A stretch of DNA of 64,000 nucleotides from Nitrososphaeria archaeon (GTDB taxonomy: Archaea > Thermoproteota > Nitrososphaeria > Geothermarchaeales > JDFR-13). This document shows, piece after piece, positions 1-8,439 of this stretch. A program made the position numbers and the translations under genes. How positions within the stretch are numbered: the stretch's first letter is position 1; every line of letters starts with the position of its first letter. The DNA lies in assembly GCA_027078545.1 (NCBI GenBank), contig JALWXN010000004.1:544001-608000 (forward strand). The letters run 5' to 3'. The notes below the pieces were generated by a model that ran no database searches, had not been told where the DNA came from, and saw nothing but the letters and a program-made list of their open reading frames with translations.

Positions 1-22
1 TGACTGGGTAGGGGAGTATAAG

Positions 23-979
23 GTGTTGATGGATAAGCTCGGCATACCTACTCCTAGAGGACCGTTTATAAGGATCTCTGTAGATGGAGGCCACAACTAC
101 TACGTTGTATATGACTATAAGCAGCAGTTCCTTCTAGGAATAGGTGAGAAGATAGAGATCCCCCTTAGGTTCATGGTCAATACACTGTTGGATGGTAGGC
201 CGGGGGGACTTAGGATATCTCCTGAAAACGGTGGGTCTCCATACCCCAAGTTAATCCCAGCCTCGCGAGCTATCAGGGAGATCGTGGGGATAAACCTTGA
301 GGGTGGGAAGACGACTGGTGGGAGGGGTGAGGGGAGGAAACGTGTATATACCGCAGAGTTCCTCTTCCCAGAATCATTAGTCCCCGATGTTGGGGAGAAA
401 TCGGTTAACCAGGTGACCGTCGAATATAGATACCTAGTCCCACCTGAGATAGGGAGTCTCGACCCAATAGTAACCAGGATAGGTGGTGAGGGTGGTCAGG
501 CCAGGGTCGAGGTATCAAGTGGGGCCGTTCTAGAAATAAATCTGTCTAGCTGGCGTGGCGATTGGCTAGGGCTCTATGTACTATCACCCATACTCATCCC
601 AACAGACGAGGATATGCACAGTTACCTGCAAGGTGAAATAGAGGGGAGGCTAGACTCATCAGAGAGAGCTCTTCATGAGCTGTATGTGGTGGGGGAGACA
701 GCCCTGCTGAACGCAGGCTTCGCACTAAGGAGAGACGATAAACATAGATCTAGGAGGCCCATATACCGGGCATTGAAGCCCGGGTCGCTAATATATTTCC
801 GTCTAGACTCTCCAGGTGATAAAAAGGGAGGGAAGCAGAAAATAGATGAGGAGAACGTTGAAAAGTTAATATGGGAGGGTATTGGAATGGGCCGAGAGGT
901 AGGCTTCGGAAGCATAATACCCTTCAACTATGAAATGGAGACCCACGAGGAGGTGTTAGAGACATGGGAAATAACATAG
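23..979 (+). CDS. cmr3: Type III-B CRISPR RAMP protein Cmr3 (Cas5 group); probably 5'-truncated by the window edge
   Basis: IGGEGGQARV motif, ALKPGSLIYF, C-terminal G-rich loop GIGMGREVGFG; reading frame is open back to the window start; followed by a Cmr1-like gene. Confidence 0.75.
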   Translation: MLMDKLGIPTPRGPFIRISVDGGHNYYVVYDYKQQFLLGIGEKIEIPLRFMVNTLLDGRPGGLRISPENGGSPYPKLIPASRAIREIVGINLEGGKTTGGRGEGRKRVYTAEFLFPESLVPDVGEKSVNQVTVEYRYLVPPEIGSLDPIVTRIGGEGGQARVEVSSGAVLEINLSSWRGDWLGLYVLSPILIPTDEDMHSYLQGEIEGRLDSSERALHELYVVGETALLNAGFALRRDDKHRSRRPIYRALKPGSLIYFRLDSPGDKKGGKQKIDEENVEKLIWEGIGMGREVGFGSIIPFNYEMETHEEVLETWEIT

Positions 980-2460
980 ATAGAAAGCTAGCCGAAGAGA
1001 TCCACAACAAACATAAGATAATGGGGATAGAGCTAGACGTCCTATTCCCAATGACCGGGGGATATATAGGAAAGCCCTATGACGACCTCCTAGGTCTCCA
1101 TGTACCAGAACCAAAAGATTTTAAATATCTATGGAGGTGGTGGGCGAGAATATTCATAAATGATGATCCAGACAACAATCTTCAGGATTTAGATAACAGA
1201 GTGGCGAAGGTTCTTGGTGGTACTTCGAATGATACTGGAAAGTCGCTATTTGATTTAGGGGTTCACGTCGTTGATGTATATCCTCCAAACATTCAGTATT
1301 TACCACCAGACTCCCTTTCAGTAGCCGTTAACAAATTGGCACATGAGGCATTTCAAGAAATTAATAACCTAGTGAGGATCGATATAATCCATCATGTTAG
1401 CCTATCAATCGGTGATCCGTCAAAAGGTGATATAAATGTCTCGATTTATAGGGACAGAAATAACAAAGAAGATGAATTTACCCTTATTGAGTCTTATGAT
1501 GAACTTTTTTCGAGTTATTTAAGTGGGGTAGATTACAAAGATGAAATAGCTAACTTTATGCAAGCAATTCCAAGGGTGAAACTCATAACTAGAGATAGAA
1601 TTGATAACGTCAGAACCCTTAGGAGTGATGAGTTTAAAGATAGTTTGAGAAAATCTTTGGTTAAGATTCTATCCCACCTATTCATTCCGCAAAGGATCAA
1701 GCTCAAACTACTTGTATATAGAAGTGATGCATCACGTGAAATAAGTGGTTATCATGCCGACTATCTAAAGTACCTCCTCGCATCCTTAATCCTCGGATCC
1801 ATAGGCTATATGAGCAGTAGGGGGATGGGGAGTATCGTTCCACCAAGAGATCCTAGCAACATAATCATTAATGCTGACGGACTTGAAGATGATATCAGGA
1901 ATTCTTACGGGGAACTACTGGATATACTCTTTTCGGGAGCTAGTAATATTGATATAAGCAGATTAAGGGAGGCTCTCGGATTAAGGACACCACTTCGCAT
2001 AAATAACATGCCTATGGTTCCTATCTTACATCCAAATTACTCATTCGTGATAGTCAAGAGATGTACCTCTAGTCAAGATGAGTTGTCCATACTAAGTAAG
2101 ATTAGTCAAACTATCAGCGGTAATAATAGTTTGTGCAATAGAGTCAATAGTAACACCCGCTCTCTAAACTGGGCTCTATGTAAATTAATGATGGGTGCTC
2201 CCAGGAAAAGCATAAGTTCTAAATATCCACGTGGTCTAAGGGGACATGAAGATTGTATTCCAAGAAGGAGGAGGTCGGCTATATCCTACAAAATGCTAGC
2301 ATATCCAAATATTAAAACGATTCTTACAACCGGATTCCTTTCAAGAGACATAGTAAATAGAGGTAGGCGTAGCAGATGTTGGAATAACTCCAGCTTGATG
2401 AGAGAATTGGACACGCTTTTCAAAAGTATCGGCCAAGAGATATCTAGAATCAGTTGTTAG
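964..2460 (+). CDS. cmr1: Type III-B CRISPR RAMP protein Cmr1-like (Cas7 group)
   Basis: N-terminal PMTGGY...RWWAR, LGG..S motif, G-rich loop GSIGYMSSRGMGS; overlaps cmr3; markedly AT-rich. Confidence 0.7.
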   Translation: MGNNIDRKLAEEIHNKHKIMGIELDVLFPMTGGYIGKPYDDLLGLHVPEPKDFKYLWRWWARIFINDDPDNNLQDLDNRVAKVLGGTSNDTGKSLFDLGVHVVDVYPPNIQYLPPDSLSVAVNKLAHEAFQEINNLVRIDIIHHVSLSIGDPSKGDINVSIYRDRNNKEDEFTLIESYDELFSSYLSGVDYKDEIANFMQAIPRVKLITRDRIDNVRTLRSDEFKDSLRKSLVKILSHLFIPQRIKLKLLVYRSDASREISGYHADYLKYLLASLILGSIGYMSSRGMGSIVPPRDPSNIIINADGLEDDIRNSYGELLDILFSGASNIDISRLREALGLRTPLRINNMPMVPILHPNYSFVIVKRCTSSQDELSILSKISQTISGNNSLCNRVNSNTRSLNWALCKLMMGAPRKSISSKYPRGLRGHEDCIPRRRRSAISYKMLAYPNIKTILTTGFLSRDIVNRGRRSRCWNNSSLMRELDTLFKSIGQEISRISC

Positions 2461-2546
2461 AACGAAGGGCTAACCCAGATGAGAGATAATTCTTATGGAT
2501 AGGTGTTGTGTTTAGCTGAAATTAAATAATTTTCATCTTCACCTTT

Positions 2547-3821
2547 CTAGATGTTACTCAACCATTTCCATAGTGGTGTGTGTTGTATTGTTTGGTTTTT
2601 GTGTTGGGTTGTGGTTTCTAGGTTCCATGTTATGACTCGGAGGTTTTTGCATTGAAGGTGCTCCCCTATCTTGACTAGGTTGTTGAGTTCTCTTCGTTCT
2701 ATCTCGTCGTGGCTGTTTGCGTAGGTTACCTGTATGAGCTCCTTGGTCTTGGTGCCTTCCCTGAGTATGAAGTCTACTTCTCTTCCCCTGTTGTCTAGGT
2801 AGTGGTATATCTGTAGGAGTGGCTCTTTATTCGTCCTCCTGAGTAGTTCTAGGTAGACTGTGTTCTCCATCTTCTTCCCGATGTCCCTCTCTATCTGGAG
2901 TGGTTTTGCGAGGCCTAGGTCTGCTATGTATACCTTCTTGGGCCACATCCTCCTCTGGTATACGCTTGGGGAGTAGCGGTCTAGGAAGAATACGCTTAGT
3001 GTGTCTCCCAATGCGTCTAGGTAGCTGTAGACGGTCTTCTTGGATAGCCCTGTCCTCTGCCCAATATAGTTCACTATCTTCTTGATGCTTAGAAGGTTAG
3101 AGTAGTTCTGGAATATGAATTCGAAGAGGAGCCTGGCGAGCTCGAAGCTCCGGAGCCTATGCCTCTCTATAAAGTCTCTGAGTAGGATCTCGTCGTAGTA
3201 GGTTCTCAGTATCTTCTCCCTGGTGAAGCGGTCGCTGGCCAGGACTACCTCTGGGTAGCCCCCTATCTCGAGGTACTCGTCTAGGAGCCTGAGTATGTAT
3301 CCCCTCTCCTCAAAGGTCGGGTACATGTCTGGGCTGGAGCCCCTGGCACTGAGGAATTCTCTGAAGCTGAAGGGTAGGAGTAGGTAGGATACCGCCCTCC
3401 CCCTTAGCTGTGTAGCCAGCTCCCTGCTCAGCAGCTTGGATGAGGAGCCAGTCACGAATATCCTATAGCCATAGTCGAGAAGCGTCCTCAGGAGGGCCTC
3501 CCAACCCCGAGCCTCCTGGACCTCGTCGAGGAGGAGGGTGTCAGGCCTAGTCCCAGTGACCTCTGTATAGATCTCCACCGCCTCGAAGAACTCCCTAGCC
3601 CCTACCCCCCTGAAGAAGACGTTCTCAAAGTTTAGATACATAGCCCTGGGGTATCGATGGGTCAGCAGGTAATACATGTAGAACGTCTTACCCGACCTAC
3701 GCGGCCCAACAATAGCGACGATCTTACCCGGAATAGGCCTGGCGTCAAGCTCGCGGAGGACCCCCTTGAACACCGGTCTCCTCCTAAAATAGTCTATAAC
3801 CACGTCTCTATCCAGAGGCAT
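2547..3821 (-). CDS. AAA+ ATPase (AAA_14 + DUF4143 type) with C-terminal PD-(D/E)XK-like domain
   Basis: Walker A GPRRSGKT, Walker B LLLDEVQ, TGSSS, GGYPE, KVYIADLG, EVDF...LIQV. Confidence 0.9.
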   Translation of the reverse strand: MPLDRDVVIDYFRRRPVFKGVLRELDARPIPGKIVAIVGPRRSGKTFYMYYLLTHRYPRAMYLNFENVFFRGVGAREFFEAVEIYTEVTGTRPDTLLLDEVQEARGWEALLRTLLDYGYRIFVTGSSSKLLSRELATQLRGRAVSYLLLPFSFREFLSARGSSPDMYPTFEERGYILRLLDEYLEIGGYPEVVLASDRFTREKILRTYYDEILLRDFIERHRLRSFELARLLFEFIFQNYSNLLSIKKIVNYIGQRTGLSKKTVYSYLDALGDTLSVFFLDRYSPSVYQRRMWPKKVYIADLGLAKPLQIERDIGKKMENTVYLELLRRTNKEPLLQIYHYLDNRGREVDFILREGTKTKELIQVTYANSHDEIERRELNNLVKIGEHLQCKNLRVITWNLETTTQHKNQTIQHTPLWKWLSNI

Positions 3822-3839
3822 AGTGAATAAAATATGTCT

Positions 3840-3901
3840 AAACCCGTTAAAAAGTTCCCTAAGGAAACCAAAAACCCGTTAAAAAGTTCCCTAGGGAAAC
3901 C
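3840..3901. repeat. Tandem 30-bp direct repeat (period 32 bp) containing a TATA-like element and a palindrome; putative duplicated promoter/operator of the AAA+ ATPase gene
   Basis: AAACCCGTTAAAAAGTTCCCTAAGGAAACC (3840-3869) and AAACCCGTTAAAAAGTTCCCTAGGGAAACC (3872-3901), 1 mismatch. Confidence 0.8.
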
Positions 3902-3959
3902 TACCAACCAAATAATAAAAAAGGCCCAACCACACCATACTAGGCCATACATCCCTCAA

Positions 3960-4082
3960 TCAGGCCCTCAGCTCCTCCTCAAGAAGTTGGTCGGCCTGCT
4001 CCTCCACCACGTCAAATGTAAGGTCCTCCCTACCGTATCTACCTCTAAGCCTAGTTAGTGGATCCTCCTCAGCACCCGTCAT
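3960..4082 (-). CDS. Small 40-aa acidic protein, possible remnant of an AbrB/VapB-type antitoxin C-terminus
   Basis: MTGAEEDPLTRLRGRYGREDLTFDVVEEQADQLLEEELRA; host-like codon usage; family call rests on resemblance only. Confidence 0.3.
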   Translation of the reverse strand: MTGAEEDPLTRLRGRYGREDLTFDVVEEQADQLLEEELRA

Positions 4083-4208
4083 ACCCAATGTATTGATACT
4101 AAAAACCCCTACAAATATCAACAAAGCCTCCACGACATTCAACACACATGTATCCATTACGTAGCCATTACAATAAACCAGTCTAACACTAACATCAGAA
4201 AGAACACA

Positions 4209-5994
4209 CCTCCAACCCTTCCTAGTCTGGTTCTAACACCAAGGAGGACTACGAGGTTCTGACAGGGCTCTTCATCTTTCAACCCTTCCTAGTCTGGTTT
4301 TAACCGTTTCCTCGAGGCTGAGAGGGTCCCTCAGGAGGTGAAGGGGAATGGAATGCTTTCAACCCTTCCTAGTCTGGTTTTAACACGTGAAGCACGACGT
4401 CCCCCTGCTTGGCGCTCGTAAGATCGAGCTTTCAACCCTTCCTAGTCTGGTTTTAACGAAAACGTTTTACGCAATGTATTCTACAAGTAATATGTTTCTC
4501 TTTCAACCCTTCCTAGTCTGGTTTTAACTACTCAGAAACATCAAAGAGCTAATAGAAATATATTGTGCTTTCAACCCTTCCTAGTCTGGTTTTAACTCAA
4601 ACGCCATACTCTATCACCTCCTCTAGAACTCACACTGCTTTCAACCCTTCCTAGTCTGGTTTTAACTATAAGCCGATACTGAAACTGTTTATGCCGTATC
4701 TAGCGCTTTCAACCCTTCCTAGTCTGGTTTTAACAAACTGGTATGGCGATTACTGATGTCATTAGACTTGCAAGCTTTCAACCCTTCCTAGTCTGGTTTT
4801 AACATAGTAGGCTCAAGTACTTCTCGGTCTTGTGGCTTGGCATCACCTTTCAACCCTTCCTAGTCTGGTTTTAACATCGTCAAGACAGCAAGACCATCAC
4901 CCCCGCCACTAGAACGCTTTCAACCCTTCCTAGTCTGGTTTTAACTGGTATGATGGCCTGTCTCAGGAGTAGCTTCATCATGCTGACTTTCAACCCTTCC
5001 TAGTCTGGTTTTAACCGTCCGGCTTGAGCTTGTGGAACGGGACTACTACACAACTTTCAACCCTTCCTAGTCTGGTTTTAACATCGTCAAGACAGCAAGA
5101 CCATCACCCCCGCCACTAGAACGCTTTCAACCCTTCCTAGTCTGGTTTTAACAAGTTGTTCGACGATTGGAAAAGTGTTTTTCATCTCGTTTACTTTCAA
5201 CCCTTCCTAGTCTGGTTTTAACCTTCTCTGGGGTGGTGGCTTCCTGCCGCAGAGTATTGTTGTTCCCTTTCAACCCTTCCTAGTCTGGTTTTAACCATCC
5301 TGGTACAGGGAGCAGGACAGTAAACATAGATCTTACTTTCAACCCTTCCTAGTCTGGTTTTAACACGGGAAAGTCTACACTAGCACTACGCATGATGAAA
5401 TATGTCCTTTCAACCCTTCCTAGTCTGGTTTTAACACAGATACCGATTCCCGCCAATGTTGTTGTCCGTTTTATTCACTTTCAACCCTTCCTAGTCTGGT
5501 TTTAACACTACGTAAAACTGATGACGAAGACGGGATAGAGGATGAAGCTTTCAACCCTTCCTAGTCTGGTTTTAACTTCATCATGCGTAGTGCTAGTGTA
5601 GACTTTCCCGTTCCCTTCTTTCAACCCTTCCTAGTCTGGTTTTAACATGGGTGTTCTGTCAGGCTTATAAGCCTGAACCGATTTCTCTTTCAACCCTTCC
5701 TAGTCTGGTTTTAACGTATCTCCCGCCGAATATCTGGGTGGAGGTAGAAGTCCTTGACTTTCAACCCTTCCTAGTCTGGTTTTAACTGGATGATGAAGGG
5801 AAGGTGGTGAAGACCATCCCGAAGAGCTTTCAACCCTTCCTAGTCTGGTTTTAACATGACGGTAGCGGAAACCCGACAGGGGTCGCAGTCTACATACTTT
5901 CAACCCTTCCTAGTCTGGTTTTAACATATATATGATGTGCTCCACATCTTCAGGTTGTAGGGAGCCTTTCAACCCTTCCTAGTCTGGTTTTAAC
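4209..5994 (-). CRISPR. CRISPR array: 26 repeats of 29 bp (GTTAAAACCAGACTAGGAAGGGTTGAAAG in transcribed orientation), 25 spacers of 38-44 bp plus one of 51 bp
   Basis: CTTTCAACCCTTCCTAGTCTGGTTTTAAC on + strand from 4276 to 5994; degenerate trailer copy at 4209-4237; AT-rich leader on the right and the GAAAG 3' end indicate minus-strand transcription. Confidence 0.98.
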
Positions 5995-6160
5995 CCGTGG
6001 GTTTTCTTCTGTTTCTATATAGACGTTTTTGGTGTTTCTATTATTTAAGTTTTATGTGTGTCAAACCTTTGATCCTGCAGGGGGTTTATAAAGATGTGAC
6101 GCAGAAAAGTATATAAAGCTTTATAAAGGGGGGTCTTTGGGGCTGGTTCTGTTTTATGAA
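5995..6160 (-). promoter_or_regulatory. CRISPR leader, shared with the divergent cas6 promoter region
   Basis: AT-rich non-coding stretch next to the first perfect repeat, with TTTATAAA/TATATAAA boxes around 6085-6128. Confidence 0.8.
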
Positions 6161-6168
6161 TTTTTGAT

Positions 6169-7035
6169 GTGATGGTTTTTGATGTGAGGTTGCTTCTCCG
6201 TCTTAGGGCATTGGGAGATTTTGATTATGATCTGGAGTATTACCCCCGTGTCCAGGGCTTCCTCTATGATCTGCTTAGGGGGAGTGACTATGACTTTCTG
6301 CATGACGCGATGGGTGATAAGTTCTTCTGCTTCTCCAACATCTTCCCCGTCCCCCTTGATAGGGATACTGGGGATAAGCAGGTGGCTAGCCACGAAGATG
6401 CTTCTAATGGAGAGGAGGAGGCGTCTGTCGATGCGTATCAGATTAGGAGGGGTGATGTTAAGTATCTAATCATATCGACTCCGGATAAGAGGCTTTTCCA
6501 AGCCTTTGAAGACGGGCTTAGGGAGCATAGGGATAGCCAGGGGGGTGTGGCCCGCTTCGGCAATATGGTCTTCCAGGTACTGGACTGGAAGCGTGTCAAT
6601 GTCAGGGTTCCTGACCATCCATTCATCATCAGGTCGGCCACCCCGGTTGTCTATAGGATATATAGGCCGAGATATGGGGAGCTCGGGATAAGGAGTGATA
6701 AGGAGTATGTATATTGGCGGGAGGAGTATGGATTGGACACCCTCCTCAGGCTTATTAGGGAGGATATATCCACTAAGCACCTCATCTTCTATGGCCGCCC
6801 ACCGTATACGCTTGACTTCATCAAGAGGATAAGGTTTGTGAAGTCGGTTAGCGCCCACTTCACGATGAACCGTAGGAGGGTCCAGGTCGTCGGGTCGATA
6901 ATAGAGATCCATATCGACGATCCACTAGACAGGGAGGCGAAGAGGGTCGTCCGCTTCTTCCTGGATACTGGGCTTGGTGAGAGGAATCCCTTGGGCTTCG
7001 GCTTCATTAATATAATTCGTCGAAAGAATCGTTGA
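6169..7035 (+). CDS. cas6: CRISPR-associated endoribonuclease Cas6
   Basis: FLHD...KFFCFSNIFP, ATPVV, C-terminal G-loop GLGERNPLGFG. Confidence 0.95.
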   Translation: MMVFDVRLLLRLRALGDFDYDLEYYPRVQGFLYDLLRGSDYDFLHDAMGDKFFCFSNIFPVPLDRDTGDKQVASHEDASNGEEEASVDAYQIRRGDVKYLIISTPDKRLFQAFEDGLREHRDSQGGVARFGNMVFQVLDWKRVNVRVPDHPFIIRSATPVVYRIYRPRYGELGIRSDKEYVYWREEYGLDTLLRLIREDISTKHLIFYGRPPYTLDFIKRIRFVKSVSAHFTMNRRRVQVVGSIIEIHIDDPLDREAKRVVRFFLDTGLGERNPLGFGFINIIRRKNR

Positions 7036-7092
7036 TCAGCCCTGAAAAAGGCTTTGGAGACTGTCTATGCCCTGTTTAGCCGTCAAAATTGA

Positions 7093-7143
7093 TTTATATA
7101 ATTGTGTATAGCCATATTATCCTTAGCCCGTTTCCTAACGGGC
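7093..7143 (+). promoter_or_regulatory. Putative promoter of the interference operon with an inverted repeat near the predicted start site
   Basis: TTTATATA at 7093-7100; GCCCGTT-tcct-AACGGGC at 7126-7143; GGGGTG RBS before ATG 7168. Confidence 0.5.
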
Positions 7144-7167
7144 CCAGCGTCGTGTGGGGTGTATCCT

Positions 7168-7515
7168 ATGGAGGCCTCCCGATACGTCAAGGCCTTCAAC
7201 TGGGCCTTTATGGTGGGGAAGCTCATCATGGATAGCCAGGGTAGGGATGAGGGTGAGAAGCTCCTTAAGAGGCTGCTCTACGACCTTAGGGGTGAGGACC
7301 TGCCTGGCCGATTCAGGGATGTCCTTATGCAGGATATTTACTACCTCCAGACTGCCAGGGAGGTGGAGAGTCTGAAGAGCATCAGCGTGCCTCGATTCAT
7401 CCTGGAGGAGGGCCTCTATGGGGACCGTTTCTACTATCTGAAGTCCGCTATTATAGCGGGCTTCATGAATGCCCTGGCATCCTCGTATGGTGGAGGTGAG
7501 GAGGGTGGCGAGTAA
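7168..7515 (+). CDS. Putative Cascade small subunit (Cas11/Csa5-like), 115 aa
   Basis: Small helical protein directly upstream of cas7; end YYLKSAIIAGFMNAL resembles Cas8b C-terminal/Cas11 helices; start moved to ATG 7168 with RBS. Confidence 0.65.
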   Translation: MEASRYVKAFNWAFMVGKLIMDSQGRDEGEKLLKRLLYDLRGEDLPGRFRDVLMQDIYYLQTAREVESLKSISVPRFILEEGLYGDRFYYLKSAIIAGFMNALASSYGGGEEGGE

Positions 7516-8428
7516 GACGATCTCAATCGGGATAATAGGACGGATAACCGGGAACGTGAACGCCGATGGTGTCGTGGGCCAGCGCATACTGATCAAGAAG
7601 ATGTACTCCACCAAGGGTGAGGTCATACCCTTCGTATCGGCCCGTGCGGTTAAGAGGGCCATCAGGGATGAGCTGATGAACCGTGGATTCAAGATAGACC
7701 CCTTCATAAAGGGGAAGAAGGGAGCGCTAGACCTGTCAGACAGCGGCAAGCCCGATGAATATGTCGACAACGACCTATTCGGATACATGGTGCCCGTCTC
7801 TGGGGAGAGGGCGTGGATCAGGCAGGCACCAGTGGCGATTTCGTACTTCAAGGCTTTGAGGGACACGCCTGTCAGGGCGGAATTTGGTGGTAGGTTTCCC
7901 AGGCCACATGGGCCGAGTGGCGACCCTGTACCCTTTGAGGTTGAGGTGGCTGACTTCATAGGTAGGGTCTGTAGCATCGTGTACGACTATATAGGTGACT
8001 TCACGAAGGAGGTGGAGGCCGGTAATAATAGTATTAAGACACCAGTCCTGAGTAATGATGAGCGTAGGAAGCGGCTAGGAGCCTTCCTAGACATATTCCT
8101 CACCCCAAGCTATGTACTGCCTAGGAGGACTAACAGCCTGGTTATGCCCGAGTATATCTTGGCAGTGGCCGCCTTCTCAAAGGTCGGTCCAATACCCGTC
8201 TGCAACTACCTTGACATCGATGCAGATGGTAATGTTGATCTCAACCTTCTCAGAGGTCTCGTAAAGATGAAGGAGAAGTATAGGGGCGATGTAGAGATCT
8301 TTATCATAGCGTATAAGGATGCTGTGAGGATAATGGATGATCCAGTCCTAAGAGAGATAGCCTATGTTGTCGATGATCCGGACTACGTGGTCAATAAGCT
8401 GGTAGACCTGATGTTCCCTAAGGAGTAG
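7505..8428 (+). CDS. cas7: Type I Cascade backbone Cas7 (Cst2/DevR-like)
   Basis: GNVNAD...IKK, PFVSARAVKRAIRD, DLFGYM, RQAPVAIS; likely GTG start at 7505 after GGAGGTGA. Confidence 0.92.
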   Translation: MASKTISIGIIGRITGNVNADGVVGQRILIKKMYSTKGEVIPFVSARAVKRAIRDELMNRGFKIDPFIKGKKGALDLSDSGKPDEYVDNDLFGYMVPVSGERAWIRQAPVAISYFKALRDTPVRAEFGGRFPRPHGPSGDPVPFEVEVADFIGRVCSIVYDYIGDFTKEVEAGNNSIKTPVLSNDERRKRLGAFLDIFLTPSYVLPRRTNSLVMPEYILAVAAFSKVGPIPVCNYLDIDADGNVDLNLLRGLVKMKEKYRGDVEIFIIAYKDAVRIMDDPVLREIAYVVDDPDYVVNKLVDLMFPKE

Positions 8429-8439
8429 GGACTGGGCTG

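Noticed and set aside
4160-4208. Additional eroded repeat beyond the trailer
   Set aside because: About 13/29 identity and wrong spacing to the terminal repeat
5365-5617. Deriving the PAM from the two overlapping spacers
   Set aside because: With minus-strand transcription only the 3' flanks (TCCCTT, ATATGTC) are recoverable; the type I PAM side is not covered
5700-5903. 67-aa ORF inside the CRISPR array
   Set aside because: Translation of repeats and spacers (VKTRLGRVES recurs); not a gene
4238-5965. Self-targeting spacers within this window
   Set aside because: By eye only matches of about 10 nt (e.g. ACCAAGGAGG in cas4); full-genome BLAST is still needed
7031-7061. GTTGATCAGCCCTGAAAAAGGCTTTGGAGAC after cas6 as a degenerate repeat (CreTA-like mini-array)
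   Set aside because: Only scattered similarity to the array repeat, no second copy, and no visible match of the following sequence to a promoter in the window
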